A stretch of DNA of 64,000 bases from the human T2T-CHM13v2.0 reference genome, Homo sapiens, in NCBI RefSeq assembly GCF_009914755.1, contig NC_060935.1; one strand, written 5' to 3'. The notes under the pieces were generated by a model that was given only the letters and a program-made list of their open reading frames with translations, did no database searches and was not told the DNA's origin. Below are positions 1-11,530 of this stretch, piece by piece. Made by a program: the position numbers and the translations under genes. Positions within the stretch are counted from its first letter, which is position 1. The number at the start of each line of letters is the position of its first letter.

Positions 1-180
1 CCTCCCGGGTTCACGCCATTCTCCTGCCTCAGCCTCCCAGGTAGCTGGGACTACAGGCGCCCGCCACTACGCCCGGCTAATTTTTTGTATTTTTAGTAGA
101 GACGGGGTTTCACCGTTTTAGCCGGGATGGTCTCGATCTCCTGACCTCGTGATCCGCCCGCCTCGGCCTCCCAAAGTGCT
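1..180 (-). mobile_element. AluYa5-like element, 5'-truncated, running off the window start
   Basis: Ya5 diagnostics CACCGTTTTAGCCGGGATGG and CGCCCGCCACTACGCCCGGC; CpGs intact; stops at CCAAAGTGCT, so about 32 nt of the 5' end are missing. Confidence 0.85.
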
Positions 181-247
181 ATTTTTCTTTATAAATTACC
201 CAGTCTCAGTTATGTCTGTATCAGCAGTACAAAAACAGACTAATACA
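181..247 (+). mobile_element. 3' end of a THE1-type MaLR LTR
   Basis: TTTCTTTATAAATTACCCAGTCTCAG...CAGACTAATACA terminus. Confidence 0.75.
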
Positions 248-249
248 CA

Positions 250-868
250 CAGCTACGGTAGAAAACAGTCCGACAATTCTTCAGAAAGTTCAACAAAGAG
301 TTTAACGTATGACCCAGTAATTCTACCTTCATACCCAAAATTGAAAACATGTCCAGATACAAACTTGTACATGAAATCTTCACAGCAGCATTACTCAGAA
401 TAGCCCAAAAGTGAAACAACCCAAATGCCCATCAACTTATGAATGAATAAGCAAAATATGGCATATTCATACAATGGAATATTATTCAGTCGTATAAAAG
501 AATAAGGTACCAATACATGCTACAACATGGGTGAACCCTGAAAACTTCATGCCAAGTAAAATAAGCCAGATACAAAACACTAAATATTATTCCATTTACA
601 TGAAATGTCCAGAATCGGCAAATCCAAAGATATAGAAATTAGATTAGTGATTGCCAGGGGATGGGAGGAGAGGGGAATTGAGAGTGGCTGCTAATAGATA
701 CAGGTTTTTTTTTGTTGAGGGGGAGGGTAGCGATAGAAATGTTTTGGCATTAGATTGTGGCGATAGTTGCATAGCATTGTGAATATACTAAAAACCACTG
801 AACTGTATACTTTAAAATAGTGAAAATGCTGGATTTTATGCTATATAAATTCTACCTCAAATAAAAAC
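250..868 (+). mobile_element. L1MB-type LINE-1 3' end
   Basis: TATGACCCAG...CATACAATGGAATATTATTCAG...GTGAATATACTAAAAACCACTGAA...AATAAAAA. Confidence 0.75.
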
Positions 869-874
869 TATCAG

Positions 875-1180
875 TCTGGTTAACTAGAGCTGATTCCCAC
901 CAGGGAAACCTGGGAGCCTGTGTAAGGTATGCACCTTAGAATTATCTCCCCCAAGAAGGAAGGAAGGTGGGGTATTTATACACCAGCTCTCATCAGTCAG
1001 TAGTCGAAAACTGCTTCTAGGGGCATTCATCCCTCGGAACTTCTGGTCTGCCCATAAAAGGAGCTCTGGTAGCCAGAGAAAGTCCTTAGGCAAAGAAATG
1101 TTGCTAATGGCAGTTGACAGACAGGCCAGCATGCCCCCAAAAGAGTACAGGCAAAAAGGCAAAATAGGTTCCTTGCACTG
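875..1180 (-). mobile_element. Old ERVL LTR fragment (LTR16-like)
   Basis: GGGTATTTATACACCAGCTCTCATCAGTCAG...GAACTTCTGGTCTGCCC resembles the reverse LTR16 core. Confidence 0.55.
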
Positions 1181-1918
1181 ACAGTCTGTGCTACTCTCTC
1201 GTTGGGATAAAATAAGAAAGCCCATGTAAAATGCATCAGTGCTAGACACAGAGAAAGCTCTCAATAAATGTGAGTTATTTTTACAGAAGACTCTATAAGG
1301 TTAAACAATTTGATCAAAACTTCCCAGCTAAGGCAGGGTAGAGCTAGGGTTTACACAATCTCTATATGACACAATCTTTCATATACAGAATTATATTGAC
1401 CAAATATACACTAACCAGCCTTGCAAACATACCTATCAAATGGCAATCATGTCATCATGGCATCCAGAGGATATGATAAACATCTTTATATCTTTGCTCT
1501 CTCTCTCCTCCCCCTTGTGTGCCCTCTGTGGCGGAAGCAGCTGCTTTTCCCACAAAAAGGCCTCGAGGGTTGATGTTAATGTCTGCTCAAGTTGCACAGG
1601 GGCTGAACATTATGTGGTCTATTGTGTAGGTGCTTATTTGAGATTCAAAGCCTACACATTTGCTGACAATTTAGTGCAAAGGACCAAGACATATGAACAC
1701 CTGAGACTGCAGGAGCAACAGGGCGGCGCGTTTTTCACTCACGTGTCAGTTTGCTGTTCTCCTCTGGAAGGGTCTGATATTCACATGGCTCAACAAAAGA
1801 GGTGCACTAGCAGAGGAAAACTGGGGGAACCTCTTCCCGGAATTCCCTACATGAACTCCCAACCAAGGGCATGTCAGAGAGTCAAAGAGAGGGGCTGGAG
1901 CTGCAGAACTTGAGCGAC

Positions 1919-2160
1919 CTGATGAGGTAGAGGCTGATAATCGTGTCGAAGTAGCTGTAGTACACGGCGTTGTTGACGTGGCCATACTGGTCATTGTCCT
2001 GCCACCTTGTCTGGATGGGCAAGAAGTACCCATAGGCCTCGTGGTGCCAATGGTAGGCCTCAACTGTCTGGTCCTTTGATGATGTAACCAAGGAATGGGC
2101 ATTCTTAGGAAGGAGCTTTGAATCCCAATAGGTCATAGTGATTGCAGCTTTGGAAAATAC
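1919..2160 (-). pseudogene. THEM7P: Exon encoding the N-terminus of a hotdog-fold 4HBT/YbgC-like acyl-CoA thioesterase; probable THEM7P (thioesterase superfamily member 7 pseudogene) exon
   Basis: Minus-strand acceptor TTGCTTTTTTTCTTGAAG| (AG at 2162-2161). ATG at 2136 with A at -3. Open frame of 72 codons plus AG, MTYW...[36 protein letters not shown], containing the D-x-D-x2-G-H-V-N-N-x2-Y thioesterase signature. Putative phase-2 donor AG|GTCGCT at 1918. The gene name is recalled from mouse Them7/human THEM7P, not from a search. Confidence 0.85.
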
Positions 2161-2456
2161 CTTCAAGAAAAAAAGCAACAATGGATAAGAATGTTCTTCT
2201 GAAATCTTGATTTTAGTCTAACAAAAGTAACTGCATTAAATGTTGGCTACTGGCTTCAAAAGTAAATTCTTTTTTTCTAGAAAGTAAATCTTCCCTTATA
2301 ATCTAAGACCTTGTCATAAACTTACTTTCTAAAACGACTCTTTCCTAAAAAGGTGTTGGTACACACTGCCAGAAACAGGGGAAGTCTTTGTTTGAATCTG
2401 ACTAGTGGGGAATAAAGTATGTTTGTATGGAGGTCTTTTATTCCACAAAGTATTTT

Positions 2457-2631
2457 ACTTTTTATTATTTATTTTTATTTATTTATTTATTTGAAACAGG
2501 GTCTCACTCTCGCCCAGGCTGTAGTGCAGTGGTGCGATCTCGGCTCACTGCAGCTTTCCAGGCTCAGGTGATCCACCCGCCTCAACCTCCCAAGTAGCTG
2601 AGAATACAGGCTTATGCCACCGCACCTGGCC
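2457..2631 (-). mobile_element. Monomeric Alu (FRAM-like or recombined monomer)
   Basis: Single arm with (TTTA)n tail; degenerate TSD CCACAAAGTATTTT / CCATCAAGTATTTT. Confidence 0.75.
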
Positions 2632-2766
2632 CATCAAGTATTTTCAAGGTGAGTACTGTTTCTGATGAAATCTGTAAAACTACTAAGAGTATAAAAATAG
2701 ACTCAGGCCACCAGTATAAAATATAATGTTTGCCAGTAAACATCAATGGGGCCTATCAACTATATG

Positions 2767-2769
<3 letters not shown>

Positions 2770-2800
<31 letters not shown>
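2770..2800. repeat. (TG)15 microsatellite
   Basis: Directly visible. Confidence 0.95.
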
Positions 2801-2802
<2 letters not shown>

Positions 2803-2844
2803 TAATTTTTTTTTAGAAAAAAGTCATTCCCTATGGAAAAGTTT

Positions 2845-3152
2845 TGTGTTTTTTGTTTGTTTGTTTTTTTGAGACAGAGTTTCGTTCTTGTTGCCCAAGC
2901 TGGAGTGCAGTGGCGCGATCTCGGCTCACCACAACCTCCGCCTCCCAGGTTCAAGCAATTCTCCTGCCTCATCCTCCTGAGCAGCTGGGACTACAGGCAT
3001 GCACCACCATGCCCAGCTAGTTTTGTATTTTTAGTAGAGATGGGGTTTCTCCACGTTGGTGAGGCTGGTCTTGAACACCCGAACTCAGGTGATCCGCCCT
3101 CCTCGGCCTCCCAAAGTGCTGGGATTACAGGTGTGAGCCAGCGTGCCCGGCC
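2845..3152 (-). mobile_element. AluSp/Sq
   Basis: Full dimer; GTTTCGTTCTTGTTGCCC and TTTCTCCA diagnostics; TSD T(G/A)GAAAAGTTT. Confidence 0.9.
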
Positions 3153-3199
3153 TAGAAAAGTTTTTAAATATGCTTAAACATAAGGAAGAAAATCCAACA

Positions 3200-3700
3200 A
3201 CAATACAATACCCATTATTAACACTTTCATGTGCATTGCTCTAGTCTGTATATACATTTTTAAATGGGGTCATACTGTATGTGTTGTTTTATAATCTCTT
3301 TACTTAACAATGGATCACTAATATATTGAAATATTCTTCTACATCATTTGCAACATTGAATTTTATTATATTCCATGGCATTGAAGAGCCACAAGTTATT
3401 AAGTCCCCAATTGTTGCATATTTAAGGTTTTTATTCTGATTTTGGTCATGGGATGAAAATCTTTTTAAATGTATCTTCACATATATTCACCATTATTTTC
3501 TTAGGATAAATTCCTAGCAGCAGAATTGCTGAGTCAAAGGGCAAGTGAATTGTTACGGCTTTTGATATAAATGAATGCCCTCCAGAAAGGCAGTACCAAT
3601 GTATCCCCTCCCCACCAATGTACAAGCAAGCCAATTTCCTTGTCAATTTTAAAATGCTTTGTCAATTTGACTGTGTTCTCTCATTTCCATAGAAATTTAA
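3200..3700 (-). mobile_element. Old L1ME 3' fragment
   Basis: GGATAAATTCCTAG...GAATTGCTGAGTCAAAGGG motif. Confidence 0.6.
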
Positions 3701-4472
3701 TAAAATGTGCTAAGTGAAAAGATGACTGACACTACTAGCTATGATGGAATAACTAGTATCAGAACAACCTCTTTGTTTGAGAACAACTCTCAAAGCTGGA
3801 TAAAATGTAAAAGAAGTGCTGTTGGAAGGTATCAGGAAATAATCAAGGCAGTAGGACTTCACAGGCTGCAGCCCTGGGGACAGTGACACCCAGAGGTGAG
3901 CTTTGCAATTGCCTCTGCTCTGTCTCCTTGGGGTATTTGTCAATTCATCGTGTAAGGAATAAAGGCTGAAGAGACAGCAGAAACTTAGAGCTTGTGGTGG
4001 GTCTTGCTGTGCTGGGAGAGAAGAAAAAATTGAATGGCCAACATCCTGGAGAAGAGTGAGCTGCAGACAAGTGAGCCCAATAATGCAACTTCCCCTCAAG
4101 GTATCTGCTGACTCCTCAGCTGCACCTGCTCAGAATGGGACAGAGAAACCGACAGAAAGCAACTGCAACAAGGCAAAAAACCTAAGAAGAAAATAGGAGT
4201 CTTAGAGTGCTGAGGATGATTAAAAAAAAAAAAAAAGAAAAATTCGCTTTCAGTGCTGCAGAGGAGGAATGCCAAAACCTCAGACTTTCAGCTGGGACCT
4301 GAGAAGCACTACTCCTTTAGAGTGAAGACAGACCTGACATTGACCAGCCTGAGCAAGGTTATCTATCCATATCACCTGTCAGCCAAATTATCTCCAGAGG
4401 AAAATAACATCTTTACAGCCTCTGCGACATTTTATTAGAAAGTCTGGCATTCAATTGAAAACTACAAAGTCA

Positions 4473-4785
4473 GGCCGGGCACGGTGACTCACACCTGTGG
4501 ATCCCAGGGCTTTGCAAGGCCAAGGCAGGAGGATTGCTTGAAGTCAAGAATTTAAGACCAGTCTAAGCACCATAGCAAGAACCTGTCTCTACAAAAAAAA
4601 AAAAATTATTTTAATTAGCCAGGCATGGTGGTATGTGCATGTAGTCCTAGCTACTCAGGAGGCTGTGGCAGGAGGATCGCTTAAGCCCAGGAGTTTGAGG
4701 CTGCAGTGAGCTGTGACTGTACCACTGCACTCCAGCCTAGGCAATAGAACAAGGCCTTGTCTCTAAAAACAACAACAACAAAAAC
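4473..4785 (+). mobile_element. AluJ
   Basis: Diverged dimer; GGAGGATTGCTTG and GAGGCTGCAGTGAGCTGTGA J-type positions. Confidence 0.9.
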
Positions 4786-5139
4786 ACTAAGACTTACCAG
4801 GAAATTGGTACAAATGACGAAAACCCAAAAGAATTTTTTAAAAAGACAATAAAAATAGTCCCAAACACTCAGACTTCAAAATAACAATGATCAAAATGCA
4901 TCTCAGATAAAGGCCTGATATCCATTCTGGATACATAAAGAACTCTAAAACAGGGAGGAAAAGACCAAAATTCCAGTTGAAAAATAAAAGTCACAAACAC
5001 ACAACTCACAAAGGTTTTACCATTCTCTTTAAACATATGAAAAGATGGACAACTTCACTCACAGTAAGAGAAATGCAAATTATAACTATGCTGAGATACC
5101 ATTTCTCAATTAATAGATTGAGTAAAAATTATAAAGCCT

Positions 5140-5396
<257 letters not shown>

Positions 5397-5914
5397 GAGA
5401 GAGATACTCATATCATGCATTGTTGGTAGGAATGGAATGTCCCCACCATTAAGGGGGAAAATGGAAATCAGATAATATCTAACAAAACCACAAGTGAGTT
5501 TACCCCCTGACTCACATCTAAGAATTTACCTTGAAGATATACCTGCAGCAATACAAGAATACCTATGGACAAGGTATATGCCTCTTTCTGATGAAAAAAT
5601 ATTGGGAACAAACATACATAGGAGATTGGTTGAATAGACTATGTTTCACTCACACAATGGAGGACTAAGCAGCTATAAATAAAAACTTAAAAAGAGCATA
5701 TATAGTATGCTATTTTTTGTAAGAAAGAAAAGAAGATAATATAAATGTATTTATTTATATTTACAAAAAGAAAATCAGGAAGATTAAACATGAAACTAAT
5801 GAGGGTATGTTAACAAAATGGATGTGATGAAGAAGGGAGAGTGACACTCCTCTGAATGTACCTTTTTGTGTGATTTGGGGTTTTGGAACCATGTTAATGT
5901 TTTATGTACACAAA

Positions 5915-5958
5915 ATGATGATGATGATGATGATGATGATGTGATGATGATGATGATG
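5915..5958. repeat. (ATG)n microsatellite with one interruption
   Basis: Directly visible. Confidence 0.9.
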
Positions 5959-7410
5959 TTAAATTAATAACAATGGGGAGGGAGAAACCTAAAATGGAAC
6001 ATAAAGAGATATATAACTGTTTTCAAATGAATACCATAGTCACACTGAAGGGAAGAAAATAACTATTGAAAACTATATCCCCTTAGCCTAAAGTCAAAAA
6101 GATTTGTTAACAAATATTGAACACAGGTTAATAGATAGGTGGGGGTTTTTTAATAGTGGCAGGATTAGCAATTCTAAATCTGTTTTCTTATACGATCTAA
6201 ATCTGAATCTAAGTCTGGGCAAACAAGTAAATACAATGAGGATAGTGTGAGCCAAGTTTCTCACCTGGAGAAGGTACTCACAAGTATAGAAAGTAGAAAG
6301 ACTGAAATGAACCTTCTGGTGTTAGATTGGATTTGGTAATTTCAATATGAACTCATGGATTAAAGAGAGATAGAGAGAGACAGAGAGGTTTCCTAGCCTT
6401 GTTGAGCCTAGACACAATGGCACTCCAGTAGCAAAACAAGCACACTTAATGACCAGATTTTAATTTTTAAATACCATTCTTCACAAAAAGGAATCAGGAC
6501 TTCTTGAAGAAATGACTGGCTCCAGTGTTGGGGCAGATAAAGTAAAAGATGATCCTGGAACATCATGTCATGCCAGAAAGTAAAGAAATGCTCAAACAAC
6601 AATGGGGTATGCCAAACTTTCACAAGAGCCCACTAAATGTAGGCTCCCAATGGCTGCATCTGGAACATTTGAACATCAAACTTAAGAATGAGATCAGTGG
6701 ATTATAACCCTCTGAATTAAATAAGAATTCCTATGTCTTACTAAAATTAATAAATAGGATAAAAGAAAAGTTACTATTTACATCACTATGCCAAGTAATA
6801 AATGTAGAAGGGATCATGGAGTTAGAAAATCTTCATTTTGCAAACATCAGAGTAATAATTGATTCAGTCAGGAATTATCAATGGATGCTAAAATATAGTG
6901 GGTAAAAGTTTTGTGAGAAACGCAGTACTTAAACTGTCTCAAAGTATCTCTCCACAAATTATTTACTCATTACAAATGAATAATAGTAACTTTATGGCAG
7001 AGCACACTGGCAGGTACTTCCTTACCCAAGTTGTCAAGGTTAATATCACCAATAACTTATCCTATGAATATCATGTGCCTCCCAATATGAGGACACTACT
7101 TCTGTGTTATTCCTGCCAAAAATGCATTATCTGAATCTAACTATGATGAAAAAAATCAGACAAATGAAAACTGAGGAACATTCTGCATCCTAACTGTCCC
7201 GTACTCTTCAAAAACACCAAGATCATGAAAGACAAATAAAGACTGAAGAACTGTCCCAACTAAGAGTGACTAAACAGATATGACAACTAAATGCAATGCA
7301 TAATCCTGGACTACATACTGGACATACTGGATAGATGAGGGATAAGGGAGATTATTGGAATAGCTGATAAAATTTGAATTTAGAATATAGATCAGATGAT
7401 AGTATTATAT

Positions 7411-7928
7411 TAAGGGAAATCAGAATATTTTTTCCCTAAATATGAAGGATCATTGAGCTGAAGACAATTAAGATGCAGGTGAGCTCTTTGCCTTCTCTCT
7501 GTTTGGCAGGACAGAGATAAACAAAGACAAAAGGTCTTCTACTCTTCTCCCCCTCCTCACCCCTATCCCACCCAAAGACTGAACATAAATTCTCCTTTAA
7601 TGCAGGTAACACTTACCAGGTCAGAGATGGTGGCAGGAGAATCTGGGAGCAAACTTTACTCCTTCCCACAGGTTTTCTGCCTTTGAAAGCCTGGGACTGC
7701 TTTCCCCTTTTGTCTTGTCACCTCTCTAAAATTTATCGCTGTCTGTTGAAAATCTGATATAAGTCAGGACTCTAAGCCACTACTTTTGAGTTACTTTTCT
7801 CCCACACAGCGTGCACTGCATGGGTTAATTTACTTGTTGATTTTTCTTTTGTTAATCTTTTGTTACAAGAGTTTGCCCCAACTATGAACTTATGAGGATG
7901 GGGAAAAAATTGTATATACTTCCCTTCA
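7411..7928 (+). mobile_element. ERV1 solo LTR (MER39/MER34 family)
   Basis: CAGAATAT...AAATATGAAGGATCATTGAGCTGAAGACAATTAAG start; ends CCCTTCA; 4-bp TSD ATAT (7407-7410 / 7929-7932); the host L1 resumes in register. Confidence 0.7.
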
Positions 7929-8630
7929 ATATCAATACTAAAATTCCTAATTTTGATAGTTGTGCTGTGGTTATAATGAGAGAAATGTATTGTTTTTCAT
8001 AAATGAAAACTGAAGAATTTAGGAATAAAGAGGCATGATATCTACAACCTCCTGTCAAATGGTTCAGAAAGAAATAATGGAGAGAGGAATACCTGTGCGT
8101 GGAGGGGGGGAAATTGAGCAAATGAGGAAAAACATTAAAAATTGGTGAATCTAAGTAGAAGATAGACAGTAATTGTTTCTACCATTCCTACAAGTTTTCT
8201 TAACCTTGAAATTACAAAAATATTAAAAGTTACCCCCAAAAGCTGCCATTAATGTGTTTAAGAAAACATAAACATTTGATAATTTTGCCAGAGCACTGGA
8301 ATCTATGAAATACAATCATTATAGTAGATTAAAAGATAGTTTCAGAGTAGATCAGTCACAGTAGAAGACAGAATTAACTAGAAGTCTGTCTAAATATTCA
8401 CAGTGAGGCACAGAGAGATTAAAAATTTTAAAATACAAAATAAAGCATAAGACACATACAGGAAACCACTTTAGAAAATACAACATAATTGGTATAATTA
8501 AATTTCTGGATAGACAGAAGAGAAAAAATAGGTAAGAAACAATGTTTGAAGCGATATTGGCAGAGAATTTCCCAAAACTTGACATGAAAATTCTTCCCAA
8601 GATATAAAACCACAGATTTAAGAATCATTA

Positions 8631-8965
<335 letters not shown>

Positions 8966-10395
8966 GAAAAAGCCAAACATAACAAAACTGCTAAAAACCA
9001 AAGACAAAAAAAAAAATCTTGAATTAAGCAAAGTAAAAAGAAAAGACCTTCAAAGCAATAACAAGAATCTGACTTATTCCATGGAAACAACAGAAGACAG
9101 AAGACCACAGAATGACATCTTTAAAGTGCTTAAATACTTGCAAAGCTAGAATTCTACATGCAGAGAAAAATATCCTTCAAAAATTAAAGCAAAGTGGTTA
9201 TTTTCAGATGAATGAAAAACCTGAAAAAATGAATTCATCTCAAGCAGAACTACACTAAAGGAAATGCCGAAGGGAGCTCTTTAGGCAGAAGGAAAATGAT
9301 CCTTAACGAAAGAATAGTAATGCAGAAAAGAATGAAGAGCAATGGAAAAGTAGGCAAGTGGGTAAATTTAAATTAATACTGACAGTTGAAAGCAATAATG
9401 ATAATATCTTACGGGGTTTAAAATACAGACAGAATTAAAATATCCCTCAAGAGTAGCAGGAAAAACAGGACGGTAAATTCAGTTACAGTGTTGTAAGGTC
9501 CTTGCATTTTTCAGCAAGTAATAACAACCTTAATTTAAGGTTGACTAAGACAAATCAAGGATGCATGTTGTAACCTCTAGGATAGTCACCAAAATAATGT
9601 AGAAAGAACATATAATTAACAGAGGGAGAACAAAGTAATAAAAAAAATTTTCAATCCCAAAGAAGGCAATATATGAGGTGAATGGAGCAAAAACATGACA
9701 CAAACATAAAACAAATTGTAAGTAAGAGAATTTGACTAAAAATAGCAATAATTCCATCATTATCAAATATTCCAAATAAAGGGCAAAGATTGTCAGAAAG
9801 GAATTTTTTTAAACCCAACTATGTGCCACTTATAAGAGACCACAGCTTATTAAATATAAGGATGCAGAAAAGTCGGGAGTAAAAGGGTAGACACCATACA
9901 AATGTTAGCAAGAAAAAAAGCTGGTATAGATATACTAATGGAAGACAAAATAGATGTTAAGGCAAAAAATATTACTACATCTAAAAGAGAGATGTTGATC
10001 AAGATAAATGATCAATTCAACATGAAGTTCTTATAACATAGCAGAAAATACATATGAAACAAAAACTAACAAAAATAAAAGGTGTAATAGATGAATTCCC
10101 AGTCACAGTGGGCAGCTTTAACACACCTCTCTCAGCTGAAAGAACATGCAGAAAATAAAATATAGAAAATTAGAACAATATAACACAACATCCAACAGTT
10201 GTGGAATATGCATTATTTTCCATCACATTTAGAACAGTTACCAAAATAAAATACATATTGGGCCAAAAGCAAGTCTAAACAAATTTCAAAGAATTAAAAT
10301 CAAACACAGTATGTTCCCACAGTGGAATTAATCTAAAAACCAATAGCAAAAAAGAATTTAATCCCCAAATGCCTGAAAATCAATCAATATAGCCA

Positions 10396-10818
10396 TGCTA
10401 TTTGTCCCCTCCAAATTTCACATTGAAATTTGATCCCCTATGTTGGAGGTGGAGCCTAATGGGAGGTGTTCAGGTCATGTGGTCAGATCCCTCATGAATG
10501 GCTTGGTGCCCTCCTTGAGACAATGAGTGAGTTCTTGTTCTATTAGCACCCCATTAGTTCCCTCTAGAGATGGTTTTTAAAAAGAGTCTGACACCTCCCT
10601 CCCCTCTCTCTCTTGCTCTCTCACCAAGCGATCTCTGCACACATCAGCTCCCCTTCCCTTTCTGCCATGAGTGGAAGTAGCCTGTAGCCCTCACCAAAAG
10701 CACATGCTGGCTCCATGATTCTTGTACAGCCTGCGATCCATGAACCAAATAAACCTCTTTTCTTTACAAATTACCCAGCTCAGGTATTCCTTTATAGCAA
10801 CACAAACAGATGAAGATG
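10396..10818 (+). mobile_element. MSTB-type MaLR solo LTR
   Basis: TTGTCCCCTCCAAATTTCA...GATCCCTCATGAATGGCTTGGTGCC...AATAAACCTCTTTTCTTT...TTTATAGCAACACAAAC. Confidence 0.8.
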
Positions 10819-11107
10819 TAAATAATCTATGAACTAAATAAGAAATTAAAATGAAAATAAGAAAAAAATTTTAAACAATGATAATGAAAATATGAGTATA
10901 AAAACTTATAGAATGCAGTTAATCTGCGCTCAGAGAACACATAATGGTTGAATAAAAATCTAAGGATGGAAATCAATGATCTAAGGATCAATCTCAAGCA
11001 AGAAGCCTGAAAGAAAATAGCAAATTAAACTCAAAGGAAGTATAAAAGAGCAATGATAAGGATCAGGACAAAAATCAATGAAATAGAAAAAATATATTTA
11101 ACACAGC

Positions 11108-11330
11108 AGAGAAGTAGGCAATCTTTTTCTGTAAAGAGACAAATAGTAAATATTTTAGACTTTGTTGATCATAAAATCTGTCACCGCTATTCAACTCTGC
11201 CATTGTAGTGCAAAAACAGACACAGATAATACATATATGAATAGATGTGGCTATGTCCCAATAAAACTATATTTACAAAAACAGATTGTGGGTTAGATTT
11301 GACTCATTAGCCATATATTGCCAATCTCTA
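11108..11330. mobile_element. MER58A hAT DNA transposon
   Basis: TTTTTCTGTAAAG...ATAGTAAATATTTTAG...CTCTGCCATTGTAG...CCAATAAAACT...TTTACAAAAACAG. Confidence 0.8.
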
Positions 11331-11530
11331 ATGAGGAATACAGCAAAGCCAAAAGTTGGTCCTTTGAACAAAAATGAATAGAACTGACAAAAGTCCAGTA
11401 ACACTATAAAGAAAAAACAAAGGGCACAATTTACTAATATAAAAATAAATATATAAGAAATATATATGATATATTATCTTTATTAATATAAGACAGTAAT
11501 AATGATCTTAAAGGCATTAGAAAAATAAGA

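Noticed and set aside
1440-1913. 157-aa plus-strand ORF and overlapping 118-aa minus-strand ORF (1746-2102)
   Set aside because: No recognisable domain. These are an antisense intronic ORF and an alternative-frame shadow of the thioesterase exon.
1882-2181. Treating the 99-aa ORF as a complete prokaryote-like gene, contaminant or recent HGT
   Set aside because: It starts at TTG inside a polypyrimidine tract, covers only half a hotdog domain, is bounded by splice signals, and is embedded in primate repeats.
2833-3177. Alu-derived ORFs (also 8684, 17870, 19281, 20870, 23841, 48440, 49745, 52904, 63627 and others)
   Set aside because: Typical Alu translations ([17 protein letters not shown]); not genes.
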